Part shown: in pieces, positions 1-13,721 of the stretch
How the letters are laid out: each line of letters opens with the position of its first letter
Numbering within the stretch: the first letter of the stretch is position 1
Assembly: GCF_006345805.1 (NCBI RefSeq)
Contig: NC_043003.1
Location: 30,504,001-30,568,000, forward strand
From: Octopus sinensis
Taxonomy: Eukaryota
Direction of reading: 5' to 3'
DNA length: 64,000 bases
The notes under the pieces: model-generated
Databases searched by the model: none
Seen by the model: the letters and a program-made list of their open reading frames with translations, nothing else
Told to the model about the DNA's origin: nothing
Made by a program: the position numbers and the translations under genes

Positions 1-2
1 CT

Positions 3-41
3 TCGCACATACGTATTCATACAGGAGAAAGACCATCATAA
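3..41 (+). CDS. 3' end of a C2H2 zinc-finger gene entering from the left
   Basis: Frame from position 3 reads SHIRIHTGERPS-stop (TAA 39-41), nearly identical to the C-terminus of gene B (SHIRIHTGARPS*). Degenerate finger-like sequence follows. Confidence 0.85.
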   Translation, partial: SHIRIHTGERPS

Positions 42-169
42 CATTAAGATTTCTGTTATAAAGCCATTGTCACAAAGTAGTTTATTTTCACAAAAATATA
101 TTTACTGAGGGGAAAGAGAGACCATACCTTTGTGATATCTACTGTGAAACGAGAGGAAATTTTTACTCA

Positions 170-170
170 C

Positions 171-229
<59 letters not shown>

Positions 230-230
230 G
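170..230. repeat. (TA)n/(TG)n compound microsatellite
   Basis: Directly visible. Confidence 0.95.
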
Positions 231-638
231 CATACTCACATAGGAAATAAACCATAGCCATATATATTGTAAAATTTTTTTTTTAACTAACAGCATATTT
301 TATAATAAATGTATTTTGTTAACACAACACTGTGATAACAATGTTTTATATCCTTTATTTCATACTAACAGTTTAACTTAGACTGCATTACATTCATTAT
401 ATACACTGTTTGACCAGGTGAATATTTCATAGTTATTGTTACTGTTAACAACCTGCAAAAACATCCCTACCTACTTTGTATACCTTCATTTCTACACATA
501 TCCTCTTATATTGAACATAATAATATCCACTGTTAAACTACACGTAAAGTTATGCTTTATCGTCTTTAGATTCGTAAACTATTGACCATTCCTTCAAATT
601 TAAACTTGTTTGCTTCTCAGTATATCTTTACTATTTAC

Positions 639-2422
639 CATCATCATCGTTTAACGTCCGCTTTCCATGCTAGCATGGGTTGGACGGTTCAACTGGGGTC
701 TGGGAAGCCCGAAGGCTGCACCAGGCCAGTCAGATCTGGCGGTGTTTCTACAGCTGGATGCCTTCCTAACGCCAACCACTCCGTGAGTGTAGTGGGTGCT
801 TTTTATGTGCCACCGATACAGGTGCCAGACAAGGCTGGCGAACAGCCACGCTCGGATGGTGTTTTTTACGTGCCTCTGGCACGGAGGCCAGGCGGGGCTG
901 GCACGGCCATGATCAGATGGTGTTTGTTACGTGCCACCAGCACGGAGGCCAGTCGATGCGGTGCTGGCTACAGCCACGTACGAATGGTTCTCTTATGTGC
1001 CACCGGCACTGGTACCACAAACTACAAATTCCATTGATGTGGATTGATTTTGATTTTCACTTGCCTCAACAGGTCTTCACAAGTAGAGTTATGTGTCCCA
1101 AGAAGGAAGGTATGCACAGGTGGACTGACTACGTCCCAGGTAGGGGCCACGGGTTATAGCCTCACTTGTCCTGCCGGGTCTTCTCACACACAGCATACTT
1201 CCAAAGGTCTCGGTCTCTGGTCATTTCCTCGGTGAGACCTAAAGAGCAAAGGTCGTGTTTCACCACCTCATCCCAGGTTTTCCTGGGTCTACCTCTTCCA
1301 CAGGTTCCCTCACCACTAGGGTGCGGCACTTTTTCACACAACTATCTTCATCCATTCTTACCACATGTCCATACCAGCGTAGACGTCTCTCTTGCACACC
1401 ACATCTGATGCTTCTTAGGTCCAACTTTTCTCTCAAGGCACTTATACTCTGTCAGGTATGAACACTGACATTACACATCCATCGGAGCATACTGGCTTCA
1501 TTTCTTGCGAGCTTACACATATCCTCAGCAGTCACGGCCCATGTTTCACTGCCATGTAGCATGGCTGTTCATACACAAATGTGTCATACAGTCTGCCTTT
1601 TACTCTGAGCGAGAGGCCTTTTGTCACCAGCAGAAGTAAGAGCTCTTTGAACTTTGCCCAGGCTGTTCTTACTCTAGCAGTTACACTTTCGGCACACCCA
1701 CCCCCACTACTGACTTGATCACCTAGATAACAGGAACTATCAACTATTCCTAGTTTTTCTCCCTGGAATGTGGCGGAAGACGGTCTCTGCGCATTTTCAG
1801 TGTTTATTGCACCAGAGCATCTGCCACATACAAAAACTATATTCCTAGTTAGCCTTCCTTTGACATTGCTGCACCTCTTATGTGTCCATAGCTTACACTT
1901 GGTGCATCTTATAGAGTTCCTACCTACGCCTTTTCTACAGATCAAGCAGGGCCATCTACCTGAAGGCGTTTGAGATTTGTCTACCTTCCTACTTATTAGG
2001 ACTTTGGTTTTAGCTAGATTGACTCTAAGGCCCTTTGATTCTAATCCTTGCTTCCACACCTGAAACTTCTCAAGTTCTGATAATGATTCAGCAATTAGAG
2101 CAAGGTCATCAGCATAGAGGAGCTCCCAGGGGTATCCTGTCTTGAATTCCTCCGTTATTGCCTGGAGGACTATGATAAATAGGAGGGGGCTGAGGACTGA
2201 GCCTTGGTGGATCCCAACCTCCACCCGGAATTCTTCACTGTGCTCGCTGCCAACCCTCACCTTACTAACAGCGTCCCTGTACATGGCACGCACAGCTCTC
2301 ACTAACCATTCATCTATCCCTAGTTTCCTCATTGACCACCAGATAAGGCAACGGGGGACCCTGTCAAAGGCTTTCTCCAAGTCAACGAAAGCCAAGTACA
2401 GAGTTTTATCTTTGGCTAGGTA
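639..2422 (-). mobile_element. 5'-truncated RTE-clade LINE (RT C-half plus 3' UTR)
   Basis: ORF 1532-2395(-) has RT motifs FVDLEKAFD, GIHQGSVLSP, YADDL. Further 3', RGRPRKTW lies in a broken frame. The element ends in an (ATG)n tail at 639-648. Confidence 0.92.
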
Positions 2423-3323
2423 TAAGAAAAATAAATAGAAAGAGATGTAACAGATTAAGAAATATGTGGATAGACAGCATCAATGAAGGGATAGAATTAA
2501 TTAGTGATGTGAATGTAAGAATGGTATGAGATGGGACCAAATGGATTCCTATGATAGTTGACATAATCTGACCACATAACTCACTACAGATATTACTTAA
2601 CATCATGTAGTTTTTGAATAACTTTGGAGTTTTCATGTCACATTGGTGGCTAATAAAATTGTGAGGAGGACCATATCTCTGGTTGTGTTAATGTGTTCTT
2701 GTGCAGGCAAGATAGCTATATGCTACTAACTGCAACAGTTAGTCATTGTTATGTCATCCTTAGATAATTTTATGTGTATATTGTAAGATGAAATAAGCCG
2801 TGCGTGTATAGGTAGAATACTAGTGAACAAGATTGAAAGCAAATGACCTACAACACAACATCTACAACTGTTTATTTCATTAAATCAGTGGAATATTCAG
2901 AATATTTTAGTTCTCTTTGGATAGATTACAAAATATCAAGGAAGAATATAGACAATTATAAGCTAATTCAATACATAGTAAGGCATATATCTCACCAGTG
3001 TTTTGATATGACAGTTATATTATTGGTTTATATTAGAAGTAGTATAGCATGGAACTGGCATTGGGAGATGAGACATATCTAACTTTTTAATAAATGTATT
3101 ACAATAACATTGTGTGTTAACTCTATCTAGGTTTGTTATTCATGGAGTTGGTATTGTAATTGTTTCCATTCAACAGTTTCTCCAGTTTCATTGTGAACAT
3201 TCTTGACAAAACATACCAGTATTGTCTTCTTGCTCATATATTGTTGTGAAATATTATCTTATACAATTTGTGTTGGTTGACTTTACCTTCTAGTTAAACA
3301 TCTATGTAGTTTAATTTTATTAC

Positions 3324-3487
3324 AGCACCCACTACACTCTCGGAGTGGTTGGCGTTAGGAAGGGCATCAAGCTGTAGAAACTCTGCCAGATCAAGACTGG
3401 AGCTTGGTGCAGCCATCTGTTTCACCAGCCCACAGTCAAACCGTCCAACCCATCCTAGCATGGAAAGCAGACATTAAACGATGATGA
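3324..3487 (+). mobile_element. RTE 3'-end fragment
   Basis: agcacccactacactc...ggcgttaggaagggcatc...ttaaacgatgatga matches the 3' terminus of the longer RTE copies. Confidence 0.85.
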
Positions 3488-3625
3488 GTCTCTAATTGTT
3501 AACATAATAAAGATGTTTATTATTACCTATGTTCAGTATTAGCTTACAGTCAGTGTTGATTTTGAAGTTAGAATTCATCATCTTCCTTGAACATCTGTTT
3601 TCCATTCTGGCATGTCTACACTTAA

Positions 3626-3845
3626 CCCTTTAGTATTTAAACCGGCCATATCCGGCCGAAAGTATTCTACCTGTTTTATGTTCAAACTGGCCAGATCCAG
3701 GCTCTCACACCTACCCTACAATGTTATTCTACATTAAGTAATTACACCATCAAGATCTTGAAGATATGAGATAATGCATGATTAATTCAAATCAATGGGA
3801 ATCAATAGGTATTATGTTTGATAGAATAATCTGAACACTAAAGGG
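3626..3845. mobile_element. piggyBac-type MITE (~220 bp)
   Basis: TTAA at 3622-3625 and 3846-3849 flank the 9-bp TIR CCCTTTAGT/ACTAAAGGG. Confidence 0.8.
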
Positions 3846-4979
3846 TTAAACACATAATGTACATGTGTACATAGTGTTCTGTATATGTATGCATAGTTAT
3901 TTGAAAGTTGGCTATATCTATCCGTGTATTTCTGTATCTGCCTGTACATTCTCTATGCTGCTGCTGTTGTTTTGTTTTTTAGCAACATGAAATATTTGAA
4001 CAAGATAGACAGAGAGTTCAAAATTTATATTTTATTACTGATGTGTTCAGACAGTTTCAGTTGTGTTCCAGACCATTTCTAAAGTGATCATGGGTAAAAT
4101 ATATGAAGTGTGTCAGCTCATGATATTTTAGGAAATTTTACTAGATAAAGGAAATAAAAGTTAATTTGTGTTTTTTCATCAGAAATTAATTATAACTCAT
4201 GTCAAGAGTATGATATTGCTTTTTTAATCATGTCTTTTGATATCCACCTTTCCATGATTTGCATGGGTGTGACAAAATTCATTCAGGCAGATATCTACAG
4301 GTGGATGCTCTTTCTGTTGTCAACTCTTGCCCATTTCCAAGCAAGATAATATTTCCCTGTAGCTGGGTATGTTTTCAATGATTGGAAATGAAGGACAAAG
4401 CATGTATGGCAATGACATTCCTTTACTATTAGCATGTAATGTCATGGTTAGGAGACAAACACACCCTCCACAAACACACACACATATCATCATCACTTTA
4501 ATAGCCACTTTTCCATGCTTCCACATGTTGGACGGAATTTGTTTATGTGGATTTTCTTTGGTATGATGCCCTACATGTCATCTGTTTCCAGTATAATATC
4601 TCTCTATGTCCAAACGTCTCAAGGGACAATTGGAAATGGACACTGCTTGACAGAAGGGTCAAGCGCTTTTGTGTTAAATATGCATTCCATGTTGCCATTT
4701 GGGTTGTGTCAGCTGGTTGCCTTGTTGAGCTGGTGTATTTGCCAAATGTAAAGCTCTGCATTGATTGTGCAGTTGTTTTCAAGCATTAATCGATTAGCCC
4801 AATCTCATCAAGCGTAAATTATTGTCTATCATGGATGCAGTTCTCTCTTCACTTGAGGGTTTGCTTGCTTGTCAGAATCCGGCCATTTTGATATATATCT
4901 TTATTGGCAATTCTAACAGACCAAACCTGCTATAAAAAAGAACCAAGACACCTGGAAAAAAAACAATACTGAATAAAAT

Positions 4980-6660
4980 TTGAACATGAATGAACAAATG
5001 CAAAGAATATTTCACAGACAAGGAAAAAGACTTCCTATGCTACTCTGTAATTAATGAGAGCAATTTCTATAGATTACCCAATATCCACAAAAGCTCAAAA
5101 ATAGAGGAAGCCATATATGAAGAGAGGAACCAGTACATAAAAATACTAAAACCTACTGACCTTAAATAAAGACCAATAGTTGCTGGGCCTCAAGCCCAAA
5201 CACAACAGCTGAGTCATCTTTTGGATATACTCTTCAAACCTTTATACTCATTAATACCCAACTATATATGAGATGACATGGATTTCCTCAAACACATTCC
5301 ACCCACTGTCCCAGAAGATACTATACTTACTAGCTTTGACATCGCACATTTATACTAATATATCTCACACTTTGGGCCTGGAAGCAGTCAAATACGAGGT
5401 AGAAAAACAGAGGGTGGGTTGACAAACACTTCAAAACAGACTTCATTACTAAGGCCACACTCCTGGTACTAGAATAGAACACTTTTAGCTTTGATAATAA
5501 AATATATCGAGAGATAAAGTGCACTGCTTTGGGGATGAATTTTACACCCTCATATGCTCACCTAGTCATGGGTTTCTTAGAAGAAAACCTTTACGAGAAA
5601 GTAGAGAAAGCTTTTAATCATAATATCAAGAAATATGTTATTGAAAAGTGGATGCACTTCCTCGATGACTGCTTGAATGTTGGGGGACAAATCAGATGAT
5701 GATCTACAAATATTTGATAACATCCTCAATATACTTCATCCATCTATCAAATTCACAACAGAAACCAGTCATGAATTACCATTCCTAGACATTCACATAA
5801 AAATTCATGACTCCACAATCACAACAGACATGTTACAAAAAATCGGTTGCACACCAACGCTGTACTTTTCTTTTCATCCTTCACTGATTAAAAAGAACAT
5901 TCCATAGAGTATGGCAAGATGTATCTGTACTATAGTAATTGATCCAAAAATATGTCAAATCTGACTTGATGAACTGAAAGGCTTCCTGAAAAGCAGAGTT
6001 GTCCCTTAAAACTAATAAATGATGGAATTATAAAGTCAACGAAGCTTGATATCACACAACTCAGGACATCAAAGAAAAAATGAAAGAACATACTATTCCA
6101 TTTATTAATACATAATTCTGGAGCAACCAATAATTTTCACACTATAAAAACAAACCAACCATTACTACTATAAAGTTCCAAAATGAAAAATCTGGTTGAT
6201 GAGAACTTCATATGCCAGCCAAAAGATCTTAAAAGGCATCTCACAAGGGCAAAATTTATATCAGAGTGAATCACAGTTCCCTTTAAAGGAATCTTGAGAT
6301 AGTGGATGTGGAACATGTAACAACAGCAACTATTTAGACTGGTTCCCATATAAACTTCAAGAGTGGATTCTTGTTCGATGTAAATGGACATATGAACTGC
6401 AAGACACAGAATCTCATATATTGCATTACTTATTCAAACTGCAAGGAGAATTATATTGATGGAGCCAACACAGAAAAATCCACAAACAGCACATTCAACA
6501 AGAGAAACTACACAAAATTCCACTGAGTAAGCATCTGAAAATACATGGAGGAGGAAAATTCAAGATCTTCCCCTTCTACAAATATTCAATGGATGATCGA
6601 AATTCCAAAAGGCAATGGAACCGCATTTTATAAAAAAATTCTCACCAAAACTAAACGTTT
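4980..6660 (+). mobile_element. Decayed Penelope-like retroelement (RT plus GIY-YIG endonuclease)
   Basis: Broken frames give TALGMNFTPSYAHLVMG (~5520-5575), FLDDC, LHPSIKFTTE..LPFLDI (ORF 5677) and a GIY-YIG-like NCKTQNLIYCI..NCKENYI (~6390-6460). Many stops and frameshifts. Confidence 0.8.
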
Positions 6661-7475
6661 GAAAGAAAAGCAAAGACAATATGCATGGATACTCTGTCAA
6701 ATGGAACAAATTATGAACACTGTATATACAGCTTATACAGGTACTGTATTTAACTAACCTTCCTGAAAAACATGATTGGAGTGAAATAATGTGAGTACTT
6801 GAATACACAAGTTTGGCCATCTCCAAACATATCATTTTGTATGAAATCAATCAACATTGGAGTGAATGTATGATTTTCTTATAAATTGGACTTAGGACTT
6901 TTTCGATCTGTTCCATATTTTATAATTGTGACTGTACTTACTTAAGAATCACTTTTACAATCAACTTACTCCTTCATAGCATGGAAAATATACATACATA
7001 CACATTTGTAATGGTGCAACAGGGTGTATATATGTGTATATGTATGTATATGCCTATCTATGCCTGTATGTGCGTGTTTGATCATATGTATATATATATA
7101 TATATGTAAATGTATGTGTATTTATGTATATATACAAATATATATAAATGTATAGACATATTACTTTACATGTAGGTGTGTACACGTGTGACGATATGAC
7201 AGTCACTATGTTTTTACTCAGACTTTCCTCTACATGATGTGGCAGTCACTTTGCCTCTTACTCGGATTTTCAGAAATTTTGCATGACTGTATCCGAAAAT
7301 TTCTTCATACAACTTGATCAAATATTCAATATGAGCTATATGTAGACATGCATAAATTCTATAGGTTTAAAACCTTTCATCGGATCTCCATGAATCGAAC
7401 TATCTTCAATGCAGTTAATCTTACAACCTCTTTTGTATCTACCCCTTTTGATGTTTGGGAATTGTCTGATATTTT

Positions 7476-7562
7476 TTCGACTGACGAGTACGAGCCATCT
7501 GTATTCACTGCATTTTTTGTAGCTTATTAAAGATGTCCTCGTACGAAACGATTGTACCAAGT
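7476..7562 (+). ncRNA. Hammerhead-ribozyme-like motif, probably degenerate
   Basis: CTGACGA 7481-7487, stem II GTACGAG/CTCGTAC (7488-7494/7538-7544), GAAA 7545-7548, minimal stem III, GTA 7554-7556. Stem I pairs poorly. Confidence 0.55.
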
Positions 7563-8159
7563 TTTTAATCCATTCTTGTTGCTTTTTTTCCTATTTATAA
7601 TCACCCCACTTGTCGTATGGTTAACACCATATAGATATCCGGTGCATCCTAGTTAAGGACCATATTCATGTGAATTCTTTAGAATTCACTAGAATCTCAA
7701 TTACTTAACCGTATATATATATATGAGGCAAAGGCAGAGGGAAAGAGAGGTACATGCTTTCGAAACCAATAACTAAATAAAAATCGACTTCTAGAATTGT
7801 AATTAAACTTCAACAGACAGACCACATAAATACAATTAAAAAGACTCCTTTTCCTGTCTTTCTTTCATCACTTGCATTTTTTTTTTTCTCTCACTTTCTC
7901 TCCTGTGCCCCTCCATATCTCTATTTTTTCTCCTTTTGTAATAAAAACAAAACTGACTCCACTCACTTTTTATCTCATTCCCCTCTCCTCACCCTCTATA
8001 TATAAAGCAAGAAACTTTCTTTACAAATGATTTTGAAAAATGATCGTGAATGGGTGAAAGTGCTAAAAATAGAGAATTATCCAAAATTCTCACTGCTTCC
8101 TTTTTCTTATATATATATATATATACACATGTGTGTGTGTGTCTGTTGTAGGTACATTT

Positions 8160-9555
8160 TACATTCCGCTGGGACTAGCATTGACCATATTCGGATGGTG
8201 CTTTTTACATGTCGCTGGCACGGGGAGCCAGTAAGGCACTACTGGCATTGACCCACACTCAAATGCTGCTTATTACATTCCACCAGCATGAGTGCTAGTC
8301 AGGCAGCACAGCCTCAACTGTGATTTCAATTTCACTTGACTCAACAGGTCTTCTCAAGCACATCATATCGCCTGACAATTCAAGGGTACTTTTAAATGGG
8401 CCGGTTATGCAACACTGGCACCAGCCATGGCTGCGATCTCACTTTACTTGCTGGGTCTTCTGAATCACAGCATATCTCCAAAGGTCACGGTCTCTTGTCA
8501 TTGCCTCTGTGAGTCCCAATGTTCAAAGGTCGTGCTTCACCACCTCATCCGATGTTTTCTTGGATCTACCCCTTGCACAGGGTCCTTCCACTGTTAGGCT
8601 GTGACACTTCTTCACACAGTTGTCCTCATCCAAAAGCAATACATGACCATATCAGCACAGTCGTCTCTCTTGCACACCACATCTGGTGCTTCTTGTGTCC
8701 AACTTTTCTCTCAGGGAGCTCACACTCTGTTGTGTTGCACAATGACATTTCACATTCAGTGGATCAGACTAGCTTCATTTCTTTCAAGCCTATGCATGTC
8801 CTCAGCAGTCATGGCCCATGTTTCACTGCCGTGTAGCATGGCCATTTGCACAAATGCATCATACAGTCTACCTTTTACTCTGAGCAAGAGGCTCTTTGTT
8901 GCCAGCAGAAGTAGGAGCTTTCTAAACTTTGCCCAGGCTATTATTTTAGCAGCTATGCTCTTAGAGAATCCACCCCAACTACAGACTTGGTCACCTATGT
9001 GGTGGAAGCTATCATTTACAAGTTTTTCCCCTTGGCATGTGATGGAATCTGTTTTCTGTACATTTACGGTATTTATTGCCCCTGTAATATTCCACACACA
9101 ACAACTATCTTCCTGGTTAACCTTCTTTTGATATTGCTGCACCTCTTACATGTCCCTAGCTTATACCAGGTACATCTTATGGAGTTTCTACATACACCTT
9201 TTCTACAGATTGAGCAGGGCCATCTACTTGAAGGGATTGTGATTTGTCTGCCTTCCTACTTACTAGGGCTTTGGTTTTTGCAACATTGACTCTAAGGCCC
9301 TTCGATTCTAGATCTTGCTTCCACACCTGAAACTTCATCTTTAGTTCTGGTAGTGACTCAGCTATTAGAACAAGGTCATCAGCATAGAGGAGCAGCCTGT
9401 CTTGAATTCCTCTGTCATTGCCTGGAAGACTATGATGAATAAGAAGGGGCTGAGGACTGATCCTTGTTGAACCCCTACTTCTACCCAGAATTCTCACTAT
9501 ACTCATTGCCAACCCTCACTTTACTGACAGCATCCCTGTACATGGCTTGTACAGT
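8160..9555 (-). mobile_element. Decayed RTE LINE
   Basis: ORFs 9177-9512(-) (LLYADDLVLI) and 8756-9142(-) (KGRLYDA..MLHGSETW) are homologous to the 639-2422 copy. Confidence 0.88.
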
Positions 9556-9718
9556 TCTTAAACAAATAAGAACGGTATCAGACGGTCCTCTGAGATATGT
9601 GAAAAACAACAGCAAAATCGCCCTTAACTTTTTTCTATAGTGAAACCATATTTATGAATTTGTTTCTCTTACAACGATTATGGGATTTTTTTAAAAGCCT
9701 TTTTCTATTACTCAAGAA

Positions 9719-10308
9719 GGATCTTTACCTTTTGACCTACAGATTTAAAAAATAAATTTTTGTAACTAAACTTTCAAACTTCGGACACTGGTAGAATGTG
9801 TCATATAAAACATCTTTTACTCTTAACATTTTTGAGAAAAACTTATATTTACGAAGTAATTTCGCGTTAAAGTAGTTCTATTTTGGTAATTTCAACCAAT
9901 CAATGACGTGTATTCAGCTGAATAAAATTACTGCCGTTGTTTGTCAACAACTATCAATGGTGTATTTTTCACTTGTCACTGTTATTTATGACATCGTTCG
10001 TGTGTTTGTACTGGTTTTAGCTTTAAGGTTTTTAGGGTTAGTGTGGCAAACGAAAAATACACCGCCAGAAGTTCTTGTTGACAAACAACGGCAGTAATTT
10101 TATTCAGCTAAATACACGTCATTGATTGGTTGAAATTACTGAAATAGGACTACTTTAACGTGAAATGACTTCGTAAACATAAGTTTTTCTCAAAAATGCT
10201 AAGAGTAAAAGATGTTTTGTATGACACATTCTACCAGTGTCCGAAGTTTGAAAGTGTTTAGTTACAAAAAATTAATTTTTAAATCTGTAGGTCAAAAGGT
10301 AAAGATAC
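9719..10308. mobile_element. Fold-back MITE with ~260-bp inverted arms (Merlin-like termini)
   Basis: 9721-~9980 is the near-perfect reverse complement of ~10040-10306. Termini are GGATCTTTACC/GGTAAAGATAC. No clear TSD. Confidence 0.8.
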
Positions 10309-11097
10309 AAAAAAAAAAAAATGAATCTAAGTCTTTTTCAAACTCTTTTTTCATTATACTCAAGCAAAAAATAATTTATGAATTTTTTTCTCTTCGAAAG
10401 TCCTCTCTCCACCCCTCGGAAAAAATATTCTCCACAAATTTCATTAAAAAAACCATTTTCCTAAAAGTTACGAGGGAAAAACTCGGATCTTGTTAATTTT
10501 CTGAGTCTTCTCCTCACCCCCGATTGGTTTGAGCGCATTTTTGTTTTCATATTCGTTCCATACACATTTTGTTTTACACCTGTTGCACTATTTTTTGTTT
10601 TCGTTTCCGAGTAATATCGTAAACATTTACCGAAAATTTTGCCATAAGACACCCTGTCTAAAAATAACTTGAGATGGTCATGTCAATACGCATCTGGAAC
10701 ACTCAAGGTTGCTACATCGTTGAGGATGTCTCAAAATACAAGACTTCCATCACACAGACTGGAATTACTCTTCAGACTGAGACAGTATTTCCACGCTAAC
10801 TTTAGAAAACTCAGTTGGGTCCCAAAATAATGTACTGCTGTCACACCTTTGCATCCCACCCCTAATCTCAAGTCGGCCGCCAAACTTCAGAGCTTTTCCG
10901 GCTCTATTCATCTAGTCATCCATTTTCTCTACATTAGTATAACTTCACCATTATTCACTTCACTCAGTTCGTCTTCCTGAAAAAGCCAACCCACTTCAAT
11001 TGCTCATAGATCTGAACGAAATCGTTGCCGTGTAACAAGATATTTATAAAAACTCTCTATTGATAAAAGGTAGTTTTATTCCTATGCAATCAAGGAC

Positions 11098-11366
11098 ATT
11101 TCCGGTTTATTCTTGACTTTGCTGTGTTCGTTTATATTGTAGATATATTATTATTTCTTTACATATATTTACACTGTGTTAGTAATAATTAAGTACTGCT
11201 TGTAATTAACTTAAGAGATAATTCTTTAACCAGACTAAGACAATAGAGATATCCTGTATGAAGTAAAAAGTTCTGTCCAATCTATCAATGCCTTCATCAA
11301 TTTTATGTCTCACTTCTTCAATACCTTTCTCATTATCTCATCTCATAACTACATTTTTATGTAAGT
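11098..11366 (+). promoter_or_regulatory. Putative promoter and non-coding exon 1 of ZNF gene A
   Basis: ETS-type ATTTCCGG 11098-11105 and donor GTAAGT 11361-11366. The block aligns with 35562-35819(-) and 43394-43663(+). Confidence 0.7.
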
Positions 11367-12572
11367 ATCATTTATATTTAATTTACACATTATTTTATCG
11401 AAAAATCTCTTTTGCATTTACATTTCTACTTCCTCCGCTTCTTCTGTTCCCTACAAGATCCCTACAATAATTTCATTATTATTATTATATCCTATTTTAT
11501 CTCTTCACATTTACTTCTCTCTCATGTATTTCATCGGTCAATATAAAGACCTTCACCCGGGAACAAAAAAAAATAATAATAATAAACCTGCATGGCGGGT
11601 GTTAACAAAGTGTGTGGAAAACGAATATGGAAAAAAATGCACGCTTTCGACCCTGGGGATGAGGATGGGATTTTCGGAAATTTCACAAGATCATTTCATC
11701 TAAACATCGTAATCTAAATTTCAGGAAATTTGTAATTTCGTTCAGCCTCCCTGTTTATTATTTTTGTTCCATATTTTCTCCCTCATCCACTCCATCTATT
11801 TTTTTTTTTTTTTTGTTCCCTCTTTGTTTCTTGGAAGCAGCATTTAACGAAGGAATGCCAACCATACTTGAAAAGTTGTATGTGGCCCATATCTACCCGC
11901 CCTCATCTTTTGTTAGCAACTAAACGAGTCAGATTAAACGTTTGGCTAGTACTTCCTTGATTGTTGATATTTTTCAAGACACAGTCGCCCTTTCTATGCC
12001 CAATGTGTTTTCTTATATTTGGCACTGCCAGGCCCAATTTTATTGAGATGCAACGATATTGATTGAGGAAATTTCTCAGGTAAAGAAGCAACCGAAGAGT
12101 AGAATAAGCAGTGCTGTCTTTGTTGAATGAGAAGTGTTCGTAGTGAGCAGTAAAACTTCCAAATGTTTCTCTTGCCATGTTTTTACCCTTTTGCTTGTTT
12201 CACTCATTTGACTACTGCCATGCTGTAGCGTGGCCTTGTAGTGATTAGTCGACCATATCGACCCCAACATTTATTTTAAAGTCTCATACTTATTCTGTTG
12301 CTGAACGGCTAAATCACGAATGTAACCAAACACCTGCTGTTAAGCAGTGGCGGGACAAACACATACACCCACACACTCTTCAAAGCTTTATATAACATAC
12401 GCACGTTTCTGCACTTTGATTATGGGTATTGCGCGAATCGTTTGGATCGCTTACTCAGTATTTACAACAAAAATGAGCTCAAATCGTTTGGCAATGTGTT
12501 ATACTTTCTGTCTAACTTATAAATTGTATAAATTATCACCAAATATTTGCTACATAGATCACACAGAATATG

Positions 12573-13721
12573 GGCGGAGGTAAAGATCATGGACCGCAGC
12601 CCCTTTGGGATTTAAAAATATTTTTGCTTTGTTTTACAGGAACACACACTATCGGGGGCGGAGATCCCGAATCTGCAAAAAAAAATCTACATTTGAAGAT
12701 TTAAGCCCCCACCCCACCCCCAATTTCTTAAATTTCCATTAAAAAAACTGGGGGTGGGGGCGAAATACGTGGAAAAACACGGAGATTATGATTCTGAAAA
12801 AAAAATTTGTAAAATTTCAATTTTAAAAAAATAAATAAACAGTCCCTCCGCCCTATGACAAGAAGTGAAATTCAAGTGTTTTCTCTACTGTTTCACTCAT
12901 GCAAAAAGTATCTAAACAGAAAACCTGACTTGCTAGAAACACGTTTTCAAAATTTTAATACGAATTAACCAAGGAAGAAAGCATTTCAAAACTTAAGCCC
13001 CCCACCTAATTTCTTCACTTTTCACTTATTTTAGAAATATTTTATTGGCGAAATACGTAGAAACATACGGAGATTATGATTCTAAACAAAATTGTTTGTA
13101 AAATTTCAATTTTTCATTAAAAAAAACTCCCCTCCCTCCACCCTATGACAAAAAGCGAAATTTCTCCCGCACCTTTTTTTCTTTGCCAGAGGGGCAAAGA
13201 ATGAAAACGTGTTTTGGGGGTTTTCAAAATCTTCAATTTTTAAGTACGCACCAATTGGAAATTTGACAAGCTAGAAACAACAGCCAAACTAAGGATCAAC
13301 TTTCTAAATACGAATTACCAAAAAAGAAAACAAATTTTTTAATGTCATTTTGTTGTGTGTGTGTGCAAAAGATCTAATCTTTACATGCCTCTCTTAATTC
13401 CAAAAGACCCTCAACCACAACATGTTGGATTATGTTCAACATTAGTAGAGAAACCATTAATTTCTTGTCATAGGGCGGTGTTTATTTTTTTTCGAAAAGT
13501 TGAAATTTTACAAATATCATAATCTCCGTACTTTTCTATGTATCCTCCCCCTCCAAATTTTGTTTTAAAGTGAAAATTTAAGAAATAGTAGGCAGGTGGG
13601 ACTAAAATTTTGTAATGTTTTTTTTTTCTTCGGAAATTTGGAATCTCTGCCATCGATATACTGTGTTCCCGTAAAAAAAAAAATCCCAAAGTGGGTGCAG
13701 TCCATGATCTTTACCTCTGCC
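12573..13721. mobile_element. Merlin-like non-autonomous DNA transposon
   Basis: TIR GGCGGAGGTAAAGATCATGGAC/GTCCATGATCTTTACCTCTGCC. 8-bp TSD AGAATATG (12565-12572)/AAAATATG (13722-13729). Internal ~180-bp direct duplication. Confidence 0.8.

Noticed and set aside
582-1461. Plus-strand ORFs over the RTE 3' end (also 48553-49164 and 49948-50657)
   Set aside because: Antisense to a LINE UTR or inside a GC-rich tandem repeat lacking stops.
7365-7412. Antisense hammerhead-like motif (TTGAAGA...GAAA)
   Set aside because: The core C is missing and stem II pairing is weak.
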